The notes under the pieces are model-generated. The model was not told where the DNA came from and did not search any database. It saw only the letters and a list, made by a program, of their open reading frames with translations. This document shows, in pieces, positions 46,914-56,286 of a stretch of 64,000 nucleotides of DNA. Source of the stretch: a virus; IMG/VR virus record IMGVR_UViG_3300021335_000004; one strand, written 5' to 3'. Numbering within the stretch: position 1 is the first letter of the stretch; each line of letters begins with the position of its first letter. Position numbers and translations under genes: made by a program.

Positions 46914-47797
46914 ATCCTAGTTACTTTTGTAATTTTAGGTGTAATTTTTGTTATTTAACTCCTGAACAACTTGGAGATCAGAAAAAAATTGACCCTAAAA
47001 AATTAGATAAGTTGTTATCAAACATACCTAAAATAGATCATATAGACTTATATGGAGGAGAAATTGGAGCGCTCAAGAAAGACTATTACTATGAAATCAA
47101 GTCTGTTATACGTAAACACTATAATGATTACATCAATATTAATACTAATTTTTCTATGCTTGACGACAGATTCTTCGAGGATGATATCACTCTTTCCGTC
47201 TCATATGATTTTTCCGCAAGAGAAAAATCAAAGTTAGTATTTCAAAATATGCTGATGAGTCCAAAACCTATTTCCGTATTAATTCTTGCTTCTGAAGAAG
47301 TATTAAAATTAGATATTAATTCTATGATAAAACAATTAAATATGTGTAAATCAATTATATCTGTAGAAATAAAACCTTATAGTACTAATCAAGCTAATAA
47401 ACACGTTGTTACCCATAAAGATTTTGAAAACTTTGTTATCAAATGGATTGAGAGTCCAGTAAAAAAACGCTTTGAATTTCAAAACCTAAACAGAATAAAG
47501 AGAAGTGTAAGAAAAGAATATAATGCTTTTTCTGACGACCACATCTACATTACTCCAAATGGTAAATATGCTGTATTAGCTTTTGACAAAGAAGATAGTG
47601 AGTATTTTTTAGAATTTACTAACTACTCTAGTTTTGAACAATGGGCTTGGACAGAAAAGAAAACTCTTTCTACTATCTGTAGCGGTTGTTATTGGAAAGG
47701 ACATTGTTTAACTGAACATTATAGACATGTAAAAGATTTAAGAAATAGTTGTAATGGTTATATAAATTTATTAAGTAGATATAGTAATGCGTTTTAG
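46883..47797 (+). CDS. radical SAM enzyme 4
   Basis: CNFRCNFC, YGGE; C-terminal CSGC…C…C. Confidence 0.9.
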   Translation: MVDKPFSVSINPSYFCNFRCNFCYLTPEQLGDQKKIDPKKLDKLLSNIPKIDHIDLYGGEIGALKKDYYYEIKSVIRKHYNDYININTNFSMLDDRFFEDDITLSVSYDFSAREKSKLVFQNMLMSPKPISVLILASEEVLKLDINSMIKQLNMCKSIISVEIKPYSTNQANKHVVTHKDFENFVIKWIESPVKKRFEFQNLNRIKRSVRKEYNAFSDDHIYITPNGKYAVLAFDKEDSEYFLEFTNYSSFEQWAWTEKKTLSTICSGCYWKGHCLTEHYRHVKDLRNSCNGYINLLSRYSNAF

Positions 47798-48443
47798 TTT
47801 TTCAGATCATAGCGATAACTTTGATGAGCATATTAATAAAAGTATTATTTCGTATAATAACTTAGTAGATATGATTATTACTGTATCTGGATTTTTTATA
47901 CAAGATAATACAACAGTATATGATTTAGGATGTTCTACTGGTAAAATTTTAAGGAAAATAAAAAAAGCGTCACACGCTAATAATGTTTCGTATATCGGAA
48001 TAGATAATGAAACAGCTTTTTCCCCATACTGGAAAGAAAAAGACATAGAGTTTAAAATTGAAGATGTGAGAAAACTAAAGTTTGATAGTGATGTTTCTTT
48101 AGCTATCTCTACCTTCACTCTTCAATTTTTACCTACTATTGATAGAGTAAAATTATTAAAAAACATATATGATTCTTTAATACCAAACGGAGCATTAATA
48201 CTTTGTGAAAAAACATATTCTAATGATTCTATGTTACAAGAAGTATTTACTTTTGCTAACTATGATTATAAAGCTAAATTTTTTAGATACGATGATATAA
48301 TGTTTAAAGAAAAGGAGTTAAGAGCCTCTATGAATATTAGATCTTGGGACGCTATTTTACAAGAAGTAGAAAAAATAGGATTTAAAAAGTATGAAGTATT
48401 CTGGAAGGCGTATAATTTTGTAGGAGTCATATTGGTAAAATGA
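47787..48443 (+). CDS. CmoA-like class I SAM-dependent transferase
   Basis: FDEHI.KSI..Y, YDLGCSTG, FTLQF, GALILCEK, YNF.G. Confidence 0.85.
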   Translation: MRFSFSDHSDNFDEHINKSIISYNNLVDMIITVSGFFIQDNTTVYDLGCSTGKILRKIKKASHANNVSYIGIDNETAFSPYWKEKDIEFKIEDVRKLKFDSDVSLAISTFTLQFLPTIDRVKLLKNIYDSLIPNGALILCEKTYSNDSMLQEVFTFANYDYKAKFFRYDDIMFKEKELRASMNIRSWDAILQEVEKIGFKKYEVFWKAYNFVGVILVK

Positions 48444-48952
48444 TTACTTATAAACAAGTAATAAAAAAAGGTTTTGCTTTTGAGAGTATTATAATACCTA
48501 AAAATATAAAAACAGAACTAAAAGCATTAACTTTTTATCCAAATGAGGACAAAGATTTAGGGAAAGAAGTAGGATGGTCTACACTAGGTATGCCTACTAA
48601 TCTTAATGAGTTCTTTATCGAACAATTATATGCAAAAGTAGACCCATACTTACAGAAACTTTTAGATAAGCTAGAAACTTTTGAAGCGTATAAAACAGAT
48701 AAAAATGAGTATGTAGAATTACATACAGATAATGCTTTTGGTGGGTTAGTTCAAATTATGATTTACTATATTGAAAAAGATATGAAAGGTAGGGACTTTT
48801 TATATGGAACAAAAAATGATATTAAAAAAATAACTCCCTACACAGGATTAGTAATTATATGTGATCAAATAAATAAAGAATGGTTGCACGGAACAACTCC
48901 TTTATTGAGTGACACTTTTAATTTATGTATTACAGGAATCACACCTAGATGA
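48440..48952 (+). CDS. 2OG-Fe(II) oxygenase-like protein
   Basis: LHTD…WLHG..P. Confidence 0.65.
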   Translation: MITYKQVIKKGFAFESIIIPKNIKTELKALTFYPNEDKDLGKEVGWSTLGMPTNLNEFFIEQLYAKVDPYLQKLLDKLETFEAYKTDKNEYVELHTDNAFGGLVQIMIYYIEKDMKGRDFLYGTKNDIKKITPYTGLVIICDQINKEWLHGTTPLLSDTFNLCITGITPR

Positions 48953-49632
48953 ATAAAAAAGAATTTTACAGAAAAGAACATTATGAAAAAAAGAACTGGC
49001 TTCATAAAAACGGAAGAGTTAATGCCACGGTTGCAGGTAATAACTGGGTTGGTGTATCTGTCTCTCCTTATATGAAAGATTTTAAATATCAAGTAGATCC
49101 TGGTATTTGGCCTCTAGTAGAAATACTTAATAAAAAAGGGTATTTAACTTGTTCTTCTTGCGAAGGGCATGATTGGATGGAAGAATCATTTGTTGTTGTT
49201 TGCTTTGGTTCTAAAGAATCGAGAGATGCTTTTGCTGAACAAGTTGTTAAAGCAAAGCTGCCGCAGTATAGAATTTTTTATCAAGAATCACAGACTAACA
49301 TTAACCTATACGATCCTTTTAATGATTATCATGAAATAATGGATGACCCAACTATGGATGAAACTCAAAACTGGTTTAAGATTGAAGATAAATTATACTT
49401 CACAAAAATAGAAGAAGAGATACCAGAAGAAATTATTGAAAAAGAAACAGAAAATTGGAATTACTGTTTTGGTAGAAAGTATAAAAGATGGTACTATTGC
49501 AGACTACTAATAGGAGGAGCTGTGTTGAACGGTAAAAACCCAGTAAGCATAGTAGTTCATTGGACTCGATATTTCTGGATTAATAGGCTAGCAAAGTTTA
49601 TAAAAGAAAACGTGGAGCAAGGATATGACTGA
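48949..49632 (+). CDS. hypothetical protein with TYW3-like N-terminal motif
   Basis: VDPGI.PLV..LN.KGY.T.SSCEGH. Confidence 0.55.
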   Translation: MNKKEFYRKEHYEKKNWLHKNGRVNATVAGNNWVGVSVSPYMKDFKYQVDPGIWPLVEILNKKGYLTCSSCEGHDWMEESFVVVCFGSKESRDAFAEQVVKAKLPQYRIFYQESQTNINLYDPFNDYHEIMDDPTMDETQNWFKIEDKLYFTKIEEEIPEEIIEKETENWNYCFGRKYKRWYYCRLLIGGAVLNGKNPVSIVVHWTRYFWINRLAKFIKENVEQGYD

Positions 49633-50269
49633 TAAGTTTGTAGAAATTCAATATGACTCTGACAATATCGTTGAATATGTGTATAAAAGCAATTCAAATG
49701 AAAAAGATATACTAGAACTAAAAAATAAATTGTTTATAAATTTTAGTGAAGAAATAACTAAAGATTTAACTTTTTCTCACGATATGATTAGTTATCATCC
49801 AAAAAATAATACTACATATAAAGAAGATTCAATAATTATAGTATTCAGTGAAAAATGTCCTTATTACTTAAGAGAAGAGTTTAACATTCCTTTTTTTAAT
49901 TCATTAGATTTTTATGCAATAAAATATTATTTAACTAGTAAAAAAAGAATACTAAAAACTTACGATGCCGATATGTATAAATATGAAATACCTCAACTTC
50001 CCCATATGTCTGCTATAGGTAATCAATTTGGGGTTGGAAGAACACACGCATTAGACAAAGAATATAGAGATGTATACTTTTTTAACTCAAATGATATGAT
50101 GGTTAATTATTTTTATGGAGACTTAGTTCCTAAAATTGGTGAACCATATAAAAATCCCGCAACTAAATGTTACGGGATTACTTATGAAGAAGGAGAAAAA
50201 GATATTCTTAAAGTAAAAAGATATTTATTTCCCTTTCATTTAGAAATGACAGATTTATCTTGTTTATAA
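49625..50269 (+). CDS. hypothetical protein, last gene of the radical SAM operon
   Basis: Coupled ORF; its stop overlaps the convergent thyX stop. Confidence 0.65.
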   Translation: MTDKFVEIQYDSDNIVEYVYKSNSNEKDILELKNKLFINFSEEITKDLTFSHDMISYHPKNNTTYKEDSIIIVFSEKCPYYLREEFNIPFFNSLDFYAIKYYLTSKKRILKTYDADMYKYEIPQLPHMSAIGNQFGVGRTHALDKEYRDVYFFNSNDMMVNYFYGDLVPKIGEPYKNPATKCYGITYEEGEKDILKVKRYLFPFHLEMTDLSCL

Positions 50270-50920
50270 AAATTCAGCTAGAGGAAACACTTCTACAATA
50301 ACTTTAGAACAAGCATGTGCAATTTCCATATGTTCTTTTTGTGTACCATTTGCACCACGTAAATCAATATAATGAATCCAACTACGAAGCGTACCATTCA
50401 TATACAAACGTGTTTTAGTAAGACCTTCAGGTAATACAACACGGGCTTGTTCTTTAGCTATACCGTTTTCAATAGCCCACTGATAAGCTTTATTAGCTGC
50501 TACGATAACATGATCTTGTTGGATTAACCACTGATTCTTTAAAGTTTCATCATCTGTTTCTATTGAATTTTGTCTGTTTTTACTATCTTGAAGTCTGGCT
50601 TCACGTCTTACAAACTGCTCTCCCATTTCTTTAGGCTCTGCATAACGCTGTGAAAATTCTTGAAAAGAAAAAGAGCGGTGACGCACAATTTGATGAGCAA
50701 TATCACGAGTAGTATTAATTTCTAAACACACATTTACCATTTCAAGGGGCGACCAGTGTTGATTATTAATTAAATATTTAATTAATTTAGAACTAGTCTC
50801 ACTATTCATTTGATTATTAGGATTACTTACTCTAGCACAATATGCTACTAATTCTTGCATATCTTCGCCCACATATAAGTCTTTTGGAGGTTGACTATAA
50901 CTAATTAGTCTTACATTCAT
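50264..50920 (-). CDS. thyX: flavin-dependent thymidylate synthase
   Basis: ARVS, HWSPLE, RHRSFSFQEFSQRY, EQAR.VLP, R….TQKEH. Confidence 0.97.
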   Translation of the reverse strand: MNVRLISYSQPPKDLYVGEDMQELVAYCARVSNPNNQMNSETSSKLIKYLINNQHWSPLEMVNVCLEINTTRDIAHQIVRHRSFSFQEFSQRYAEPKEMGEQFVRREARLQDSKNRQNSIETDDETLKNQWLIQQDHVIVAANKAYQWAIENGIAKEQARVVLPEGLTKTRLYMNGTLRSWIHYIDLRGANGTQKEHMEIAHACSKVIVEVFPLAEFL

Positions 50921-51243
50921 TACCTATTCTCCTTATCTAATACATCGTGATTATGCAACGCTAATATACCATAATGAATAATTTTTAATAAATCCGCTCT
51001 ATTTTTACCTGCCTTTTTACCATAACGTTGAGAGTATTTCATAACATTACCTAGAGTAAAGCCTTCTCCCATACCAGAATCAATAATAAATTCTGTAGCT
51101 TGAAAATTATTCATCGAATAGTGTTGATTATACGTATTGTCAATATAATCACTAATCTCTTCTAATAAAGCGGGTTCATTATATTTATAATTTATTTTCA
51201 CGATAATCTCATTTTTAATTGGGCTGGTTTTGGATAACCCCAA
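50920..51243 (-). CDS. conserved phage protein (DUF3310-like)
   Basis: TYNQHY…GEGF..GN.MKY.QRYGKK…DLLKIIHY. Confidence 0.75.
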   Translation of the reverse strand: MGLSKTSPIKNEIIVKINYKYNEPALLEEISDYIDNTYNQHYSMNNFQATEFIIDSGMGEGFTLGNVMKYSQRYGKKAGKNRADLLKIIHYGILALHNHDVLDKENR

Positions 51244-51464
51244 TAATCATTAGTACGAATACGGATCGTACGTTTATTAGTCTCTTCTTTATTAGGATTA
51301 TTAACTGTAATCCAAGGATTTAATCCTTTAGACCAGCTTTTTATTAGGTTTTCCATCTTCCATTCCAAAGAACGAGCATTTTTTATAGCTAAAGTTGTTT
51401 TTCTAGCTGTTGACTTACGCTCACCTTTTGACACTTGATGCGCTCTTGATTTTTTCTTAGCCAT
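51198..51464 (-). CDS. basic hypothetical phage protein
   Basis: SKGER…NPNKEETNK motif. Confidence 0.7.
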   Translation of the reverse strand: MAKKKSRAHQVSKGERKSTARKTTLAIKNARSLEWKMENLIKSWSKGLNPWITVNNPNKEETNKRTIRIRTNDYWGYPKPAQLKMRLS

Positions 51465-51508
51465 TTGGTTCTCCTTTTAGTTTATAAGAAATTATAACAA
51501 ATCAAAGA

Positions 51509-51703
51509 CTAAGAAGCAAGATGATTATTACTTTTATTAAATACAGAACGATAAGGAATATTATAAAGCTGTGATCGTTGTTCAAATAAGTTAGAACACA
51601 TTTCACAATTTAAAATATTTGTAGGGAAGAATGACCCCTTCCCTACAATAGTATTTTGATTGGTGCCGCAATGCGGGCATTTAACTAGAGCTACGTAATA
51701 CAT
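51509..51703 (-). CDS. small zinc-ribbon protein
   Basis: CPHC…CEMC. Confidence 0.55.
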   Translation of the reverse strand: MYYVALVKCPHCGTNQNTIVGKGSFFPTNILNCEMCSNLFEQRSQLYNIPYRSVFNKSNNHLAS

Positions 51704-52427
51704 TTTCTATCTTGCTGTGGTAAAGACTAATATTATGGTCAAAAATACCGTCAAACCATTGCATTTTTTGTAAAGCACGATATCTTCCTCTCCACTGGTC
51801 TTTAACTCTTTGCCAGTAAGTTAATTTTCTTATATTTCCATAATAATTTATATAATGTAGATTACCATAATGTTTATATCCTAGCAAGAAAAAAGGTACT
51901 TTAGTAACAACATCGTTATTGTTTACAAACCTATGGTGTTCAAATGTTTGTGCTTTACACCAAGACCAACTACCTACACGAGGTGATCCAAACGTATAAA
52001 CAATACTATGTTTTATTCTAGAACCTGCGAGAGTAGCTAAACCTCCTCCCAAAGAATGTCCACACACATAAATATGTCCTTGTGTTGGAAGTTTTTTTAA
52101 CCATCCTTCAATGTTTTTCCATACTAGGTCTAAAGCATCTTTAAAACCTGCGTGAACTCTACCTGTTGTTTCAGAACGTCTTTTATATGCTTTTAAATCT
52201 GCCTTAATATCCTTAAACTGGGTAGGTTCCGTACCTCTGAAAACAATATATTTATTACCTCTTTGAGTAAAGCAAACAGCTTGGGTTCCTTCTTTGGAAA
52301 TAAAAACAAAGTTATTGATATCTTCAACAGATCCCAAAAACCTGCTTCTAATTTTAGATTCATTTGTATATACTATGTCAGAAAGTTTTGAGCAAAACTC
52401 TGCTTGTTCTATAATTTGATTCCTCAT
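51681..52427 (-). CDS. class 3 lipase
   Basis: FRGT, VHAGF, GHSLGG, TFGSPRVG, NNNDVV.KVP, DH. Confidence 0.92.
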   Translation of the reverse strand: MRNQIIEQAEFCSKLSDIVYTNESKIRSRFLGSVEDINNFVFISKEGTQAVCFTQRGNKYIVFRGTEPTQFKDIKADLKAYKRRSETTGRVHAGFKDALDLVWKNIEGWLKKLPTQGHIYVCGHSLGGGLATLAGSRIKHSIVYTFGSPRVGSWSWCKAQTFEHHRFVNNNDVVTKVPFFLLGYKHYGNLHYINYYGNIRKLTYWQRVKDQWRGRYRALQKMQWFDGIFDHNISLYHSKIENVLRSSS

Positions 52428-52434
52428 ATGTCAC

Positions 52435-52758
52435 CTATTTCTTCTTTAGTGCGTCAGCACCAAAAAATGCTGCGACTAATGCAGAAATTGCCACAAAATA
52501 AGTAGGTGCAATATCTCCGATAATATTAGCAGCCTTATCATAGCCTAAAAAAGAAGTTCCTAAAATAACAGCTGGGTATAATAACATACCTGCTAAAGCA
52601 AACCAAGTCATTTTTCTCATAGCATCTCTTTGAGCATCGGCATCTTCCATTTCTTTTCTTTTAAATTCTAAGTACATTGCGTGTTCTTCGTTACTTACAG
52701 TGCCATCACCATTAGAATCTGCAGGGTGAAATCCTGCTTCTTTAATATCTTCTGCCAT
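52435..52758 (-). CDS. two-TM membrane protein with EF-hand-like loop
   Basis: DSNGDGTVSNEE followed by two hydrophobic helices. Confidence 0.7.
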   Translation of the reverse strand: MAEDIKEAGFHPADSNGDGTVSNEEHAMYLEFKRKEMEDADAQRDAMRKMTWFALAGMLLYPAVILGTSFLGYDKAANIIGDIAPTYFVAISALVAAFFGADALKKK

Positions 52759-52772
52759 TTTTTAATCCTTTC

Positions 52773-53087
52773 TTATATTGAATCTTGATAACTATTTTCT
52801 GAGGGTTTGTTATCTAATTTTTGATTCTCTAGTATTCTAATTCTAGTTTCTAACTCATCAATTTTTTTAGTTACATGAGGATACTTTTTTCTCCAAGCAT
52901 CTTTAGGTTGTTTTAACCAATTCCAACTATAGCGCTCTACTAAATAATCAAGAAATATATCAAGTTTAGCGTAACACCACAAACCAGCTTTTGTATCTTT
53001 AAAATAAGCTAAAAAAGCCGCACCTAAAAGAGAGCCTGCTATAGCAGTATAAATCCATAAAGTATCTTCAAACATTTTTGCAATCAT
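52773..53087 (-). CDS. membrane-anchored hypothetical protein
   Basis: N-terminal TM; coiled-coil C-terminus. Confidence 0.65.
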   Translation of the reverse strand: MIAKMFEDTLWIYTAIAGSLLGAAFLAYFKDTKAGLWCYAKLDIFLDYLVERYSWNWLKQPKDAWRKKYPHVTKKIDELETRIRILENQKLDNKPSENSYQDSI

Positions 53088-53512
53088 TATTTACACCATT
53101 CTTCTTTAGTCCCACCGTCATAAGGCCTAGCTAATCCAGCATTAATAATTTCGTCTTTGTATAACTTACCATCAAGATAAACATCGACTAGTACTCGACC
53201 ACCATATTTATCCCATTTTAAGTTAGCAAATTCAATATCTTTTGCTTCTCTAAATAGTTTATTAGCTAAAGCTCTGGCTTCAAGTGCTAACTTCTTTTCT
53301 TCATCACATTTGGCTCTAATTTCTGGAGTATCAATTCCTAAAATCCTGACACTCATTTTTTGAAGCGGTTCTGGAAGTGTAGGGGCAATTACATAACAAG
53401 TATCGCCGTCATAACAAAGGTTATTTCTAAATTCTCTCATTTGTAAAAAATCATCTGCAACCGCTTGTGACATTACAAAAAGCGTTGCAAACATAGCTAA
53501 ACTATATTTCAT
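53087..53512 (-). CDS. thermonuclease (SNase-like) with signal peptide
   Basis: DGDT, RILGIDTPE, DKYGGRVL, GLAR.YDGG. Confidence 0.9.
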   Translation of the reverse strand: MKYSLAMFATLFVMSQAVADDFLQMREFRNNLCYDGDTCYVIAPTLPEPLQKMSVRILGIDTPEIRAKCDEEKKLALEARALANKLFREAKDIEFANLKWDKYGGRVLVDVYLDGKLYKDEIINAGLARPYDGGTKEEWCK

Positions 53513-53514
53513 TT

Positions 53515-53898
53515 TTAATCCTTTTCAGTTACAGCTTTCTCATAGTATAAGATTATCTGTTTTTGTTGTTCCAAGTATCTTTTAATATCTGATATATTTA
53601 GTGCCAGGTTTTCATAATCTTTCATACTGAGAGCCACAAAAGCAAGATCACCATATGTTTCAGTGAACTCTTTTACGAATTCATCATAATTATCTTTTGT
53701 AACTACAAAAACTCTAGTATCACTGAGAGCTAGTGGCTTCGGTGCTGCTACTGTTGGTATCTGAGTTCTCTCCACTTTGGTTACTACTTTGACTTCCGGC
53801 TCCGGCTGGAACCGGCTGCAACCAGTTAGGAAGAGGACGCTTAGCATTACCGCCAGTATCGCCCATGAAGTCACGCCACAAATTTGCTGTCGCACCAT
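53515..53898 (-). CDS. o-spanin-like lipoprotein
   Basis: Lipobox LFLTGC; overlaps the 3' end of the i-spanin gene. Confidence 0.65.
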   Translation of the reverse strand: MVRQQICGVTSWAILAVMLSVLFLTGCSRFQPEPEVKVVTKVERTQIPTVAAPKPLALSDTRVFVVTKDNYDEFVKEFTETYGDLAFVALSMKDYENLALNISDIKRYLEQQKQIILYYEKAVTEKD

Positions 53899-54223
53899 TC
53901 ATCTTTCCTTCTAAACTTTTTGAACCTTTAAGAGCTTCTACCACCAGATCTAACTTCGATAGTTTTGCTCTGAGTTCGTCTCCATATTGTTCAGCTTTTT
54001 GTAAATCTTGTTGTAAAGATTTATTTAGCTTACCTAATTTAACTATATCGCCTTGTAATGTTTCTACACTGGTTTGTGCAGTATCAACAGCAACTTCTAG
54101 TTTTGCATTATTATCTCTTAATGTGGCTATAGTGTTTTGGGTGGTATCGTAATAGTACTTTGCACTATAACCAACACCACCCAGTATCGCTACAATAAAA
54201 ATTAGCACATATAGTCTAAACAT
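53720..54223 (-). CDS. i-spanin-like protein
   Basis: N-terminal TM plus coiled coil, near the endolysin. Confidence 0.65.
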   Translation of the reverse strand: MFRLYVLIFIVAILGGVGYSAKYYYDTTQNTIATLRDNNAKLEVAVDTAQTSVETLQGDIVKLGKLNKSLQQDLQKAEQYGDELRAKLSKLDLVVEALKGSKSLEGKMNGATANLWRDFMGDTGGNAKRPLPNWLQPVPAGAGSQSSNQSGENSDTNSSSTEATSSQ

Positions 54224-54375
54224 TACTCACTCTTCCAGATAGTCCATGCGCCATAAGCAATCATTCCATAAGCGATAAGAGTTACAGGAGTTATAACCAT
54301 TGCTATTCCTGTAACAATAAGAACTATTCCGTCCCAAGAAGTTCTTTCTAATAATCTGTTTTTAATCCACTTCAT
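54223..54375 (-). CDS. holin candidate (50 aa, two TM)
   Basis: MKWIKNRLLERTSWDGIVLIV…AYGAWTIWKSE*; AGGAGG RBS; not in the ORF track. Confidence 0.55.
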   Translation of the reverse strand: MKWIKNRLLERTSWDGIVLIVTGIAMVITPVTLIAYGMIAYGAWTIWKSE

Positions 54376-54444
54376 TTTTACCTCCTAAGTATTTAGGTTG
54401 TTCTTTCATTTTAAATAATCTTATAAAAAAATTTTCTAACCAGA

Positions 54445-54885
54445 TCATACCAACCTCATACGTTTAACTAAGCGTTCAGCACGATTTGTTACTTGACGAT
54501 ACCATCGCGAGTCAACCATTTCATCTGCTGCTGCGTTCCAATCACGAGCGTCTACACCACGTTTCATTCCCTTAAATTTAGATAAACGAGGGCGACCCAT
54601 GTTGAACATCATGTTAGCGATTATTCTTTTAGCTTCTTCTGGCAAATCGTCAAAGTCTGGGTATAGTTTGTAGCAGTCAGACACGACTGTTTTGATATCT
54701 TCATTGAAGGCTTCAACACATCTATCATTACTGACGGCTGTGCCGACTTCCCATCCATGTTCTGGATCGTCGTCCCTAACCAGATGACCAATGCCAAAAG
54801 TAGGAAGGCCGAGATGATCGAGATATATTTCATGTACTTCACCTTCATCTGCTGCAATTTCCTCTCTTAATTTATCAATATTCAT
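54445..54885 (-). CDS. endolysin, T4-lysozyme-like (GH24)
   Basis: DEG…YLDHLG.PT.GIGH; MMFNMG…KF..M; DSRWY.QV.NRA.RL. Confidence 0.92.
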   Translation of the reverse strand: MNIDKLREEIAADEGEVHEIYLDHLGLPTFGIGHLVRDDDPEHGWEVGTAVSNDRCVEAFNEDIKTVVSDCYKLYPDFDDLPEEAKRIIANMMFNMGRPRLSKFKGMKRGVDARDWNAAADEMVDSRWYRQVTNRAERLVKRMRLV

Positions 54886-54898
54886 TTTTACTCCTTTA

Positions 54899-55114
54899 CT
54901 AAAAGTTATTCATACTTGATCTAATAGCGTCTGAAGAAATATTTTCTTCTATATAACAATTATGATGTTGATTTTTAACCCAATTTAATTCTTGTATAAG
55001 TCTATTATACCAGTTTTTATCATGATCATCATGTGCTTTATTCATATCATCTTTTAGTTGAGATACTCTAATTTCGATATATTCTTCAATTTTTTTTGGT
55101 TGATTTCTACGCAT
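54899..55114 (-). CDS. hypothetical phage protein
   Basis: WYNRLIQEL.W motif; RBS. Confidence 0.65.
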   Translation of the reverse strand: MRRNQPKKIEEYIEIRVSQLKDDMNKAHDDHDKNWYNRLIQELNWVKNQHHNCYIEENISSDAIRSSMNNF

Positions 55115-55122
55115 GATTCCTC

Positions 55123-55251
55123 CTAATCTTCTTGTAATTCGCTTGGATAATTATCTTCAGTAATTGTACGACCACAATGACACACATCACACCCACAATC
55201 ACACGCATCCCAATTACAGTGACAATCGTGCTCACATTTTTTACATTTCAT
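55123..55251 (-). CDS. Cys-rich metallothionein-like microprotein (42 aa)
   Basis: MKCKKCEHDCHCNWDACDCGCDVCHCG…: 9 Cys in 26 aa; AGGAG upstream; not in the ORF track. Confidence 0.6.
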   Translation of the reverse strand: MKCKKCEHDCHCNWDACDCGCDVCHCGRTITEDNYPSELQED

Positions 55252-55272
55252 TTTTGCTTATACTCCTGCCGT

Positions 55273-56277
55273 TTATACTTGTTGAGAAGCTGCGTATTGG
55301 GTTCCAGTTCCCAAATTTCCTACTGTACTAGCAGGAGAATCTGAAGCAAAGGGGAATTTATCTATTCTATTTGAAGCACCAGGCGTAAAACCGCCAGCCG
55401 TATACCCATTGGTTGTAGAAGAAGTACCTGTTGCTCGAGAACGTGCTTGCGTTAATGCTGCGACATTTGAAACAGCATTTGTATCTGAGGCAAAAGGAAA
55501 TTTACTAATATAATTATTATATGTAGCAGGAGGAGTTAAAAATCCTGAAGCATATCCATTTGTATCAGAATTTTGTCCGGCCGTACCATGTGTTCTTGTT
55601 GTAGGAGCAGCCATACTTCCAATATTAGTTGAATTAGTATCAGAAGAAAAAGGAAATTTATCCATTACTAAAGCATGAACTGAGTAACCATCTGTTGCGC
55701 TTGAGACACCTGCTCTATTAGGGTAAAAAGGAGAAGATGGTGTTAAAAATCCTATGCCTGTAGAAGGAGTATCTGAAGAAAATGGAAATTTATCAATACC
55801 GATAGAAGGGTGGCCACCAGGCCCAGTTATATAGCCATTGCTAGTAGAAGCATGCCCTGTTCCATAAATTCTAGCTGATGTTAATTCAAACACATCTACA
55901 GCGTTTGAGTCTGAAGTAAAAGAAAACTTATCTACCGTATCTAGCGTACCAGGTGCTGGAGCAGTACCTCCTGCTGTATAGCCATGTGTTGCACCAGATG
56001 TTCCAATTGATCCATATACAGCAACTGTTCTATTTCCTATATTAGTACTACCTGTATCAGAAGTAAAAGAGTATTTTTGAATGAGTGCTGTGGCTGGATT
56101 ATTACCATTAGTATTATAACCGGCTATCTCTCCTTGAAAGGGCTCAGAAGAGGGAGCGATCGTATACGTACCCGAAACCCATTCAAAAGCAGCATTAGAT
56201 GCTACATAGGTTAAATTAGCTCCGTACTGAGCTCCTGAAGTATCTAAACTAGCAATATCTAAATTTCTAACTGACAT
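55273..56277 (-). CDS. Kelch-like repeat virion protein
   Basis: Six GY…IDKFPFSSD repeats. Confidence 0.75.
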   Translation of the reverse strand: MSVRNLDIASLDTSGAQYGANLTYVASNAAFEWVSGTYTIAPSSEPFQGEIAGYNTNGNNPATALIQKYSFTSDTGSTNIGNRTVAVYGSIGTSGATHGYTAGGTAPAPGTLDTVDKFSFTSDSNAVDVFELTSARIYGTGHASTSNGYITGPGGHPSIGIDKFPFSSDTPSTGIGFLTPSSPFYPNRAGVSSATDGYSVHALVMDKFPFSSDTNSTNIGSMAAPTTRTHGTAGQNSDTNGYASGFLTPPATYNNYISKFPFASDTNAVSNVAALTQARSRATGTSSTTNGYTAGGFTPGASNRIDKFPFASDSPASTVGNLGTGTQYAASQQV

Positions 56278-56286
56278 AATATTCTC

